Made by a program: the position numbers and the translations under genes. Below the pieces are notes generated by a model. It was not told where the DNA came from. It did no database searches and worked only from the letters and a program-made list of their open reading frames with translations. Positions 14,314 through 27,371 of a stretch of DNA of 64,000 nucleotides are shown here, in pieces. The DNA is from Eledone cirrhosa (taxonomy: Eukaryota): positions 223,634,001-223,698,000 of the forward strand of contig OZ024740.1 in the NCBI GenBank assembly GCA_964016885.1, written 5' to 3'. Position 1 is the stretch's first letter. The number at the start of each line of letters is the position of its first letter.

Positions 14314-15245
14314 CTTACCAGAATTGTTCTCTAAAGTGTATTTAGTGTAGCAGGCAGCAAATAGGCTACGATTGTTGACTGCACCAGTGGTTTCCATAAA
14401 GCAATGGGAGAAAAGGGAAACAATTCTGGTATCTAATAACTGCCATTTATAACTAGCATCCAGTAAAGCTAATGGCTAAAAGATATCAGTCATGAATAAA
14501 GATCTGTCTACAAAACACGAATTTTAGTGTTGTCTCTTCTTGATACATATAGCGTGACAGCAAGCTATATTAGTATCATTTCAAGCAATAATCAGCCTAA
14601 ATACAGTTTAATTTATACTGTTTTTATTGGACATTTCTGGAAAGCTAAACAAGAACCTATTATATATTCCAGCACAACAAAGTATTAAATAAGGAGCAGT
14701 ATTGCAAAACTTGTTGTAGTGTGCTCCTTTAAATAAACTCTACGCTAGATCAAGCATTGAGAATTAACCAGGACATGATTCAAAAGATTGCATTAAGATG
14801 GATGCCATCTGGAAAGCAAAAGACTAAATAGCTAAAGAACACATGGTCTGGAACAGTTGATTATGAGTTGAGAGAAATGCAGCTTACTTGGGGACAGAAG
14901 CAAGTAATTGATAAGCACTGCAGTGAATGGTGTCAAAGAATTGAAAAATTATTCCTTAAATGAGAAGAGAATAAATGATAATAATGATAATTGAATATCA
15001 AAAGTATGTGGCTGGACCCTGAAACAGCGATAGCAATTATGTGTGAAGTAGGAATTTTGCAACATGCTGTGCTTAAGACAGGACAGTCAATAATAAGAAG
15101 TTTAAAATAATTGCTATGGCAGTCTCTGGGCTCAGCCATATACATGTGTAGTAGATGTCAGTTTTGTTAGTTAAGTTCATAATTTGACTACTGCATACTC
15201 ATTCATTAGGAATATATATATATATACACCCACACATTATATATA

Positions 15246-15422
15246 TTGGCAGTATCAGTAGAGGGTCGGATGCCATGCTTTCCAGCATAGTAACGTCCCT
15301 TTACGATCTGAGTTCAAATCCCGCCGAGGTTGACTTTGCCTTTCATCCTTACGGGGTCGATAAAATAAAGTACCGCTAATGCACTGGGTAATTGCTGGCC
15401 TTGTGCCTAAAGTAGAAACAAT
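15246..15422 (+). mobile_element. Meta-like SINE
   Basis: Family match; tail-to-tail with next copy across (TA)n. Confidence 0.85.
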
Positions 15423-15461
15423 TATATATATATATATATATATATATAAATATATATATAT

Positions 15462-15645
15462 AATTGTTTCTACTTTTGACACAAAGCGAGCAATTACCCC
15501 AGTATATTACTGGTACTTTATGTTATCGACCCCGTAAGGATGAAAGGCAAAGTTAACCTCAACGGGATTTGATCTCATACCATAAAGGGACGTAACTATG
15601 CTAGAAAGCATGGCATACGACCCTCTACTGATACTGCCAATCCAC
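15462..15645 (-). mobile_element. Meta-like SINE
   Basis: Family match. Confidence 0.85.
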
Positions 15646-18099
15646 AATGTGTCTGTGTGTATATATTCTTTAAATCAGGTCAGACCAATTTTGCCGAAGT
15701 CCTTCTCTGCCTATGCTTATCTTGGATAACTTGTAATTTTAAGCAATAATATTTTCACTATTAATATATTTGCCAGCAAATTCTCCAAATAATATACTCT
15801 ATAAATTGGTTGATATTAGGAAGGGCATCTTCGTAGAAACCATACCAAATATGAAATGTATGAGGATGACAAGCTTGCTCTGACTCATTTGGTCTCTAGC
15901 TGTGACAACCAATATTGGTGTGGGAAGTGGATGTAAATAGATGATGATGATAAATGAATCAATAATGGTTATAGGAATAATTTATCAATAAAAAAGCATA
16001 TAATATATGTTTTATTTATATTTCATTAAAAGATATCTTATTTATAGACCCTTAGGATTATTCCCCAGAACCCACATTGAGACAGACAGCATCTAGACTA
16101 ACACATTTATAAAATTTATGTAGTTTAAGTTTCTGATTCAATTTAAATAACACAAACTTATAAGCTCTATAAATAATAGTTATAATTTTGATTTCACAAT
16201 AACTCTAATTATCACTAATCTCTTTTGTGTAAACTGAAACATTGATATTTTCACATATCATATCATTATAATCATCATGATCATGATGATGATCATCGCG
16301 GTATATCTGTTTATTTAAGACATAGGGTTTCTTTCCAACCTAATTTGTACAAAAGACGAGTTTTATAAAATCTTATTGATTTCTGCGTTGATATCAGAAA
16401 TCCTTTCTTTCTTTCCTTCCTTCATTTACAACATTTTCAGTGATATTTCCTTTTTTCTTTTAAAATGTGTTTATGCTCCTATATCTATACTAATTATCGC
16501 TATTGTTGCATATTCTGTTTTCTTCCTTTTGCATTTTTTTTTTTTTAGTTTGGCCAAGATTCTTTCACATGAAAATTTCTAAGAATTTGTTAATATTATC
16601 AGAAAATTGTATGTAAGCATTACGACTGAGCCATTTTGATTCAAATGACTATTTACTCTTTTGAATGCAATATTTTCACAAATTTCCATATTCATTTCAC
16701 TTTAATAATCTATGATAAAATTTGAAAAAATATAGACATAATTTATAAATCAAGTTAAAATCTGTAATAAGTTTTGGAAAAAAGTCATTGACAGGATAAA
16801 CAGAATTGTACTTTGTCTTGTCTATGCACTTTTACTAAATTTAAGAAAAGATTGTTTTTGATTATACCGCATGTTATCCTTTAGTCATAATTCTGATTTT
16901 TTGTAGCTACTGTATATAGGCCTTAAAGTATATCTATCAAGTATATCTATATGTTCAAATAGGAAAAGAGAAAATATTATTAACCATATCAATATGATTT
17001 ACTGCAATTGGTACATCTATCATAAGAAAATAATATACCTTTACACATCATGAAATCCTTATTCTCCTTACTCATACTTTGTCTCTCAAGACATAATATA
17101 TCTCGTTTTTTATGTTCTTGTATCTGCAGGTCAAACATCAATAAATGGCATGCCCAGAATGTTGTGCACAATTGCATGCATAGCTGTGACAATGTCAAAT
17201 TACCATGCAATACTTCAGTTGTACATTATAAATCTTAGGGCATTTAGAATTCTATGAATGATGTATATGTATCTCAATAGTATTTTTCCTGTTTCTCCAA
17301 CTAACTTACTTCATATTAAATATTAATCCTCATCTATATAGGATTTCAAATATATTAGAATCCGTTTCTTCACAGCTTGTTTAGATTGATTGAAACATTC
17401 TGCCAGAAAATTATTTTGTGATTTTAACTTCATTGCCACATCACTGTTCTTCATGAAGTCACTTCATAAAAGTTCAATATGTTTTAATGGTACTGTTCAG
17501 CCTTACTAATGTAAAATAATTCTGGATATGTTTAAAGTTCTCAAAATCTCAAAATAATTTTCATATGAAATCATTTAAAAGGTTTCTTTCCATTATTTCA
17601 TGAGGTTATATTTTATATGAATCACTATAAGATATAGAACCAAGCCATTTTAAATTTCCTCAGATTCCAGTGTGAATTCTTGTGATAGAGCCCTCTAATT
17701 CTGTTTGTTTTCTGTTGTGCTTCTCTTCAGATTATATTACACTATAAAATTCACCTTTGCTGTAACTAACTAAATCTTGGCAATTATCAGTTTAAATCAA
17801 GCTAATGGTAAAATGATCCTTGTATTTTGGTAGTTACTCAGTTGACAGATTTATAGAAATGTTATTAAACACTAAAAATTATAATTTTTAGTGTATAATG
17901 TAATTAATAATTATTAATAACTGAATGCCTATATAGTAGAACAGTTAGAACTAACCATTTACAACACAAATTTCAAGAAACCAGCCACCTAATCTCATAT
18001 CAATCAGGTGAACACAAAAGACAAATTGACTATTAACTTGTAGACAACAAAACAAATTGACTGTAATACATAGTAAGGCCTTCCTTGGGGATGAATGCA

Positions 18100-19922
18100 C
18101 CACTCAGCACTAGTTTGTTAATAGTGACATCAAAATAAACATGTGAGAGAATATGACATGCAGGAAAATGTGGATATGGAGGGTTCTCAATTAAATATAG
18201 ATTTAGAAATGCTCTATGGGATCCATTTCAGGAGAGAAATGTCAAACTAGACATCTATGATGTAGAAGACAACTGGACATTCTTACATGACAACCTTTTG
18301 CAAACTACTGTTGTGACTTGTGGCTGGAGTAGAGCACCAGCCACTCAGAGGGTGACCTGGTGGTGGAATAGTGCAGTGGACTATATCACTGCCAAGAAAC
18401 AGACTGGGAACAATTTGAAATATTTGGGTAGCAGAGACTGGTACCAGGTGGCTTAAAATGAAGCTAGGTGACAAGTATACACTGCTCAGAGAGAGGCTGA
18501 AAAAAGGTTTGCCAATGTCTTGAGACATGAGGATCAGAGACACAAAGTGCTCCACATTGCAAGGGAGTGGTGTCAGTGTGGATCGTGATGTTCTTGGGGA
18601 AAAGTGTGTTAGAAATGACACTGTTGTATTTAGCATTACTAATACTCAAAAGAAAGAGGCCTGGAAATTTTTCTGTAAAAATGTAGAGAACGAATGGGAG
18701 GAATAGAAACTACCCCTAACTCTCCCAGAAGAACAGCCAAACATTGAAGGTGACAGTTATAGGGTTAAATAAGCAATTAAAGAGATGAAAAATGGTAAAA
18801 ATGCAGCACCATCAGAGATAACTGCTGAGATGCTAAAAGCATTGGAAAAACTAGTGAACTTCATAGTCAATAATGTAATAGAGGATGGTGTCAAACACAA
18901 TGACTGGCAGAGCTGTAGAATCGTATATTGCTACAAGGGAAAAGGTGCTTCCCTAGAAAGGAACAACTATAGAGGAATAAAACTAATGGACCAAGTTATG
19001 AAAATGATAGAAAGAGTTTATAATACAACTAATTAGAGAAAGAGACAAATTAGACGAGATGTAGTTTTGTTTCATTGGAAAAAATTATTACAGATACCTT
19101 CTTTTACAAGTAGTTCATCTAGGTATGGTTTTTAGTCTACTACTATTCATTATAGTCCTCCAAGCTATAACAGATGAGTTTACGACTGGCTGCCCATGGA
19201 AACTACTCTATGCAAATGATCTGCTCCTTATAGCTGAATCCATTAAAGACCTAGAAAATAAGTTCCAACTATGGAAACAACATTTAGAATCTTAACTAAA
19301 GCTAAAGTGTTAGTGAGTAGTTGAGAAGATAGGACCCTGATTGCTTTTGGGAAGTGGCCTTGTGCAATATGTAGAAAGGGAGTAAGCATAAACTTCATAT
19401 GATGTACACAATGCAAACCTTGGGTATACAAGAGATAATGAGTAAGCTAACAGGAAAGGAAGACTTTGTAGAGGATGCACAGGGGTAACTGAGGAAGATA
19501 ACCAGTAATGTATGTCTATTCCAGTCACAGAAAGAACATGCATAGACTGGAAAGAAAGGAAGCAACCATTCTCTGATGTATGTGCAATCTAAGTGTGTGA
19601 GAGAGGAAGAACTTGGATGAGTTGGAGGAGAAGCTGGGTTTATGAGGAATTTGAGGTTATGCAAGAAAGAAGACTGCATTGGTTTGGACATGTGATGCAC
19701 CCAGACAATAATCGTTGGGTGGAGAAGTGCCAGGAAATCCCAGTGAAAGTAAGTCACAGTAGAGGTAGACATAGAAAGACCTTGACAGGGGTTGTGAGAG
19801 CTGACCTCAAATCACTGAAACTCAGAGAGGCGATGTATGGAGAGATGTCATGCTGAGAAGGACCCATCCAACCCTTGCAAGCATGGAAAAGGAGAGGTAA
19901 AAACGACGACAATGATGATGAT
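18100..19922 (+). mobile_element. Degenerate RTE-clade LINE (ORF2 remnants with internal deletions)
   Basis: WWNS, MKNGK.A.PSEITAEMLKA, YKGKG..LERNNYRGIKLM, PWKLLYANDL, KWPCAICRKGV, RRLHWFGHVM, GR.RKT; (GAT)n tail. Confidence 0.85.
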
Positions 19923-22900
19923 AAACGACTGTAACAAATACTACAAGGCATTTTGTCTTATGCTCTAATGATATTCCTAATTTATCATTCTCACAAAATT
20001 CTTTAAAATTTATAGTCAGATGTCCATAAATGAATAGACAGATCTATTAAAGTAAATCATTCTCTCTGAAGAGATAATATTTATTGAGTTTGATACAAAC
20101 TGCTATATCTACTCTTCTACACATCAGTGGTGGTAATAAACTGTCAGGTGAGCTCAGCAGCAGAAGGTCTTCAGAGATGAAACCTTCCTCAAGCAAATAT
20201 TTTGGCCCTTACCTTCTTACACTTTAAGGGGGCCAAGTCACATCCAGGTCATGACTCCTGGGTGCCCTTCAGCTGATATTTAGCCATATAGATATCTGTT
20301 GACATGATCTAGCAAGAACTCTCTGTTGCCATTGCTTTCAACTTATATTCAAATGCTTTCTTGTGAAAAAGAAATTCTCTTTTGCAATTTTTAATCCTTA
20401 CTGATGAAATGTTTTTTTTTCAAATATTTTTGAATCTTCAATGTCTAAATAATTGAAATGCATATGAAATCAGCAGACTGTTGTTTAGGAATTAAGATAT
20501 ATTCCACCATGTCATTATTATCATCACCTCCATCATATTTCTATTTAGTTTACCTTGCTGGCATGGATTGGACAAGACATTTTTGGCAGATATCTATGGC
20601 CAGATGCTATTCCTTGTGCCAACTCACACTTGTTATTTTCAAGTTTGGTACATATCACTGGCATTTGTAAAACAACTAAGTTATAGAATATATTATGGGG
20701 GATGTAAAGAAATGTCACAGCTTGTTTTGTAAATATTATTAATATGAGGATGCACACAGTGACAATCACAAACACATACACACAGGTTTTCCTACAATTA
20801 CCACCTACCATGGCTGTCACGCAGAAAAATTGAATCTGGAACAGTGTGGTTGTGAATCGAAACTTAATATTTATACAGCTGTGCTTGCGCATATGTTTCA
20901 TTAAATTAAAATATATATCATGGTTAGAAAAATTCTGATAATGATTTTATATTTCTTTTCTTGTTGATTTAATGTAATAAATATCTTGTTTCTCACAGTT
21001 CCTTCCAAATTTAAGAGAATGTATTGGAATATTTATCTGAATGGATTTGAATACACATAAAAATAGGTTAATGTATTTCCCATTACCAACAATTGTCTAA
21101 TAACAGAGTGAGAAAATGAAGAGTTTATATAATGACAGTTTTACTATATCTTCCCTTCAACTGTCTTTTTAAAATCTAATATATAGAAATATAAAATGAA
21201 ATCCTATTTTGATGTTCAGTTAATAAAGTTTGTAAAGTAACTGATTTATTAATTGACTTGTCAGTGAATTGTTTAAATGGCCTTCATAGAGATTTTCATA
21301 GATTTCTTCTTACTGGTTACTCCTTTACCTGTTCCAGCCATCCAGCCGAGTCCATGCTGGGGCATGCATCTATTATAAATTTCTAAACTGCATACCTCTT
21401 TAGTAACTCTATTTTTCATTTTTACTTTTTAGTCAGGGCTTATGCAACTAGGAGGAGAGGAAGAAAATGGTATACTCACAGAAGTGACCTAGATCCATTA
21501 CTTACAGAAGAGTGGGCTTAAAATAAATGCATTCAAAGGGTCATATAGTGTTGTTAAAGCAGGTGAAAGATTAATCTACCACATAAGAAACCTTTAGAAA
21601 TATTTGAATTCAGAATGCTAAGAACTGGAACAAATACCACAAGGTACCTATCTCGTTTAACAATTCCATCAATCCAACAAACTGGATGTATATTTTATTG
21701 GATCGAAATGGAATTAAGACAGACAGATATGGCAAAATTTAAACTCAGAGCAGCGAAAGCCAGAACAAATACCCAAAGATATTGTGCCCTATGCACTAAC
21801 GATTCTGCCAATGAAGATTGAGCTAATTCTGTTTCCAATCCTGATTTATTTTATATCAAATATCAGAATATATAAGGCAAGTGAAGGAATTTGTTTTGAA
21901 ACTTACAAATTACCTTTCCATTTTCAATGTTGACATCTCATCATAAGAATAGTCAATCTGAAAGTAACATGTGATTACAGCAGGCATTTATTTTCTAAGA
22001 TTCCATACTGAGTAATTATAATAATAGCTGCTATTCAAACAAATTATATTTATTCAAGAGTTTTATGACAGCAAGAATATTAAAGACTTATTACTAAATA
22101 AATAAGGAGCAATTTTCTCTACACCTGAATAATTGTTGCCCAGCTAGCTATAGACTTACTGGCAACTGTGTTTCATCCTTAGCAGGTGATGTCCATTGTA
22201 ATGCAGTATAGCTGAGGAGGCTTATCCTTTAAAGAAAGCTTATGGATTCTAGCTCGTAAATCAATCTAGACAATTTAGTAACTTAGTAACCTTGTTTGCT
22301 TAATTTTAGAATAACATTTTCACTAAAATGAAACTTGTTCACTAAGGAGATAAAAACATATGTTATTTTGAGTCTATTATTAACTTCTTGGTCATATACT
22401 TTAAAATATACAATAGTTTTCTTTATTATTATCTCAGTAGTGTCTGTCTTTGGCTGCTTTATATATGTTTATTATTGTGTAAGTGTAAATATTTAATTGT
22501 GAAAGAAAAACCAAGGATAAAAATCACAAAGTATGATGATTTGTGTTTATTTATACTTAGATATCTCAGCAATAGCTTTCATAATACTTGAATAGCCCTA
22601 TCTTTAATAGTGACAAAGATTTAATAAAGTCTATGTCTATATAATAATTACTGAAAAAGAATAACAGAGAAATTGAATGCTTCAATTACAAAAATAAAAA
22701 AGTGAAAAAGAACAATGTTGCTTCCTCCTCAATATCTAAATTGAAATTCTGAATATCATCTGCTGCATTTCGATATTATATATATTTCATAGTCTATGAA
22801 TTAGAAATTAAAAAGTAATTCAAAAATTCTGTTAATACAAAATTTTCTCTTTTGATACCAATGTCCCGGAAACTGACCCTGGCTTTATGATACAAAACAG

Positions 22901-23217
22901 TTTATTTTAAAGTGCTCATATTTAAATTTAACCCTTGTAACACCATTTTATATAAGACAGTTTCGGGAAATTCTGTAACAAACACCAGCTTAATCATGAA
23001 AAGATTATGTTGTGAAATGCCTCCAAATGCTTAATTATTTTCGAAGTTAATTAAAGACATGCAGTGTATTTGATTTGAAATATGTTGATGAAAGAATAAA
23101 AGAATCTGTCTCTCCCTCCCTGTATGTGTACAAATATATATATATATATAGGTCAAACCCATGCTAGTATGGACAATGGACGGTAAATGATGATATATAT
23201 ATATACATATATATATC

Positions 23218-23765
23218 ATCATCATCGTCATCATCATCGTTTAACGTCCATCTTCCACGCTAGCATGGGTTAGGCGGGAGTTGTGCCACTTGAGGCAAGG
23301 TTTGTCGGGTAACCGTGTCTCACTCGTATAGTACTATCTGGCAGGCTTTCTACGGCTGGATGCCCTTCCTAACACCAACCACATTTACAGTGCGAAACTG
23401 GGAACTTTTTACCGTGTTACCTACACGGTCCCATTAGAATGTGGACTGTGAGAAGTTTTTTTTTTTGTTTTATTTGTCGTGACACCTACACGATCTCGAT
23501 CTCATTATCTCATTTATTTGGACTGGATGTTGTGGTACCAGCTTTATAGAGAGAGGGTGGTGTTGTGGGAGTGGGAGGATAGGGTAGGGGTAGTGGATTG
23601 GGGTGTATATTAGGATAGGAGGTGCCTACTGACTGTAGGTTTCGCTTTTTACATAGGCAAGGCGGGTCTTCTATATTACTGCGTAGCGCCAAAGATCTCG
23701 GTCCAGTGACATTATCTTAGAGAAGTGCAAGTGTGTAAGGTCGGAATTTATCAGATCGTCCCAGG
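23218..23765 (-). mobile_element. RTE 3' UTR fragment
   Basis: Colinear with 13124-13590; (CAT)n tail. Confidence 0.75.
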
Positions 23766-23891
23766 TTTATATATATATATAGTAATAACAATACATTTGA
23801 AGACTAAAATCCAAAGAGGGCTCGATAAGGATAAATATATATCAAATATATAAGAACCGTAGAGCAAATATTTATTAAAATAACATATTAA

Positions 23892-23942
23892 AGTTTAAGC
23901 AAAGAATCGCTGCTTTCTCCCTTAACGGGATCTTCTGAAACT
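23892..23942 (-). ncRNA. Hammerhead-like fold with variant core CAGAAGA
   Basis: AGUUU-CAGAAGA-UCCC guuaa GGGA-GAAA-GCA(9 nt)UGC-UU-AAACU; all three stems pair. Confidence 0.55.
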
Positions 23943-24134
23943 AAAAAAGTCAATCTGTCAACGCAGAAGTAAATATTTGAAAAAAACTTTGCAACCGAAG
24001 GAAGACAGGAAGACAGGAAGACGATACTTTGGTTCGTGAAACGTTCCCTGGAAAAGAACGGAAAAAGAGACGATAATACGTTGGAGCGGTGAAAACAATT
24101 ACACGCAAGCACAAAACCACGTTTATAGTATAAA

Positions 24135-25280
24135 TTGGTTAAGGATTTCGAAGTTGATGTCATCCTCAATGCCCGTAAGTCGGTGATTAAGTTCGACGAC
24201 TCAATTTGGATTAAACAATCTAATAGTACCACATTCGACGTGACTATGGGCGCCAGCGATTCTGCGGAGGTTACTGATCTTATCGGCATTTTCCTTCTTT
24301 TCTCTATCAAGGAATTCCCCAACGTGGGCGGTGGTTTGTATCGTGATGACGGTCTTTTGACCATGACAACGTGCGGCACACATACTTGTGCCAGGTTCAG
24401 GAAAGAACTCAGCCTTCTTTAAAGGCTTCAACCTCTCCATACAGGTTGAGGCCAACCTCTCGGTCGTTAATTACCTCGACGTTGTCCTCAATTTGTTGAA
24501 TGGCTTGCACTACCCCTATAGAAAGCCGAATGATACGTTTAATTACATAAGTAAGCATTATAACCATCCTGCCAGCATAACCATGGACCTGGTAAGAAAC
24601 GTTTCTTTGAGGCTTTCCCCTCTATCTACAAACGAGCATATATTCAACGACCATTCCACATATTACAATGAAGCTCTTGCTCAGAGTGAATTTGTCGATA
24701 AAATAGCATATACAGAGTACGAGTATAGACCTAGGAAAAATCGATCCTGACGCATTATATCGTTTAACGCACCATATAATATGGAGGTGGCCACACCATT
24801 AGCTAAGATCTTTATCTCCCTTATTATGAACCATTTCCCCCAGCACATAAATATAGTAACATTTTTAATAGAAATGCCATTAAAATTTCTTACTCTATGA
24901 CTCCTAACATAACATCACAGCTTCAAATTTAGCTAAATTACCTAGCCGTGGGTACACGTGCAACCCTGTAGCTATTACTAACTGTAATTGTAGGAATCGG
25001 GTTGACTGCCCCCTATCCGGGAAATGCCTCTCTAGCAACATTGTCTACAATTGTAAGGTTGAAACATCCACGTCCGGTAGGACCTACATAGGGTTAACCG
25101 CCAATAGATTCAAGCAGCGTCTTTACATGCATACCCAATCTATTCTTAGCCCTGTAAGAAGGAATATGACGTCACTTTCACCTAATATCTGGAGTCTAAA
25201 AGACAACCACACCCAATATAAGTTACGCTGGGAGATCCTAGCTAAGGCTAGATCGTATAACGGAAATAAGACCATGTGAC
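24135..25280 (+). pseudogene. PLE RT / GIY-YIG ORF remnant (frameshifted)
   Basis: [52 protein letters not shown]...TYIG. Confidence 0.9.
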
Positions 25281-26349
25281 CTCTGCTTGTAAACATAAAT
25301 GGCACAAATCTTTCCTGTATTACAGCCCCACATTATACCCTAACGGATAGTACGAACTATACGCGGATATTTTACGTCTTGATGTGGTAGCTAAGTATAT
25401 GATATGTTTATACCATTACTTATTTGTATAGGTAAGTATATATTACCTGTAAGTTTTGTGAAGGTATGTATATTTTCTCGTACGTATATTTTCTTGTATA
25501 TGTTATGGCGTATATATTATATATACTGGTACATGTGCATTTGGTTATGTGTATACGTGAGTTTTGCGACTGTGTGAGTATGCGGGTTCGTACGTATGTA
25601 GGGTGTGTATATATGTGTACTTTTTGATTTGGTTGACGTGCGTTTGCGAGCATATATGTATTTATATGTAGGTATGTGTGTGCACGCGTTATATACGTAT
25701 TTATGTGTGTATATTTATAGACGTTTATTTAATTATATGTATACACGCACACACATATATATATATTTTTATGTTTATTTTCTGTATACGTTCATATGTG
25801 TGCGGGTACTGGCGTTGCGTGCGTTCTGTATGTGCGTGCGGGTTTTTTGTGTACGTGCTTGTATTTGCATACATATGGCGAGTGTTTCCGCGTATGCTTG
25901 TGTATGTACGTATATGGATGCGTGTATGTATATATTTAATTTCAATTACCTCTGTATTTTATTTACTTTATTCTTAACTCTATAGCTGAGAGTCATTCGG
26001 TTTCCTAAATAGAATTTTAGTCTACGACTTCAGTTATACCTTTTACGCGGTTTTGTCTTTGCGTGTAATTGTTCTCACCGCTCCACATAATGACGTATTA
26101 TTTCCGTTCATAGCCAGAGAACGTCTCCACCTAATAGAATATTAGTCTACGACTTCATTTATACCATAAACGAGGTTTTGTCTTTGCGTGTAATTGTTTT
26201 CACCGCTCCAAATTATGACGTATTATCTTCGGTTTTTTCCGTTCCTTGCCAAGGAACGTTTCCACGAACCAAAGTATCGTCTTCCTGTCTCCCTTCGGTT
26301 GCAATCTATTTTGTAATATTTACTTCTGCTTTCACAGATTGACTTTTTT

Positions 26350-26403
26350 AGTTTCAGAAGAAGATCCCGTTAAGGGTGAAAGCAGCGATTCTTTTCTCAA
26401 ACT
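26350..26403 (+). ncRNA. Hammerhead-like fold (CAGAAGA family) in 3' pLTR, degenerate
   Basis: Same motif with extra AGA; ends UC-AAACU. Confidence 0.4.
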
Positions 26404-26414
26404 TTAATCTTTTA

Positions 26415-26451
<37 letters not shown>

Positions 26452-26454
<3 letters not shown>

Positions 26455-27335
26455 ATATACTGAAAAGGTAACACATTAGAGAGAGATAGTGCGCCATCAA
26501 TAAAACAGGGAAAAACCACCAGTGTATGGAATCTATAACCTAAGAAAGGCAGAGTAGACAGACGATAATTAAAAATATAAATTAAAGTGTAAATACGTAC
26601 CTCTATAACTATATAACGCACGTACAAATCCAAAGAGATCTGTTTCGCCAATAAGTTGTTGATAAGTTGTGTAAGGCTATACATTTCAGACAACTCTAAG
26701 AGAATTTAAAGCGACCGTTCAGCTACACGTGGGAGAGAGAAGTCACAGCGTGTTTAGGGCATTGAACCAGTGGCTTCTGAGGGACGAGCTGCTAGAAAGG
26801 ACAACCTAATACCACTCAGAGAAGTGCGCTCAACCAAACAGAGAGAGAGAAAAGACTGTTATAAGGAGTGAAATATCACGATAAATTAACGGGGCCAGAG
26901 ACTCTCGCTATTCCCTGCCAATAATGTGCTCAACGGAGAAGGAATCCTAAGCCCTTTAAAATACAATATGTTGAAAAGGTAACACAATAGAGTGAGATAG
27001 TGCACCATCAATAAAACAATGAAAAACCACCAGTGTATGGAATCTATAACCTATGAAAGGCAGAGTAGACACACGATAATTAAAAATATGAATTAAAGTG
27101 TAAATACATACCTCTATAACTATATAACATCTTACAAATACAAAGAGATCTGTTTCGCCAATAAGTAGTTGACAGAAAGGAAATAGCTCATGGTTCATCA
27201 GCGTATGTAAGGCATTTCAGACAACTCTAAGAGAATTTAAAGCCACCGTCCAACTACATGTGGGAGAGAGAAGTTATTGAGTCATTATTGACAGAGAATA
27301 GCGAGAGTGTATGGCTCCGTTAATTCATCGTGATA
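26452..27335 (-). mobile_element. Non-coding tandem/inverted pLTR element
   Basis: Direct repeats ~26452-26750 and ~26962-27273, short inverted copy 26874-26922 vs 27284-27335, bounded by (TA)n. Confidence 0.7.
27138..27206 (-). ncRNA. Type I hammerhead ribozyme, canonical core
   Basis: AUACG-CUGAUGA-aCCAUGAG...CUUAUUGGc-GAAA-cAGAUCUc-UU-UGUAU; palindromic AGAUCU in stem/loop III. Confidence 0.65.
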
Positions 27336-27371
27336 TATATATATATATATACGTATATATATATATATATA

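Larger units (their letters stand above)
23780..26418 (+). mobile_element. Penelope-like element (Hydra-like), 5' truncated with inverted 5' pLTR
   Basis: Inverted pLTR 23780-24134 matches 3' pLTR ~26140-26418 (partial extra copy 26010-26130); flanked by (TA)n. Confidence 0.9.
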
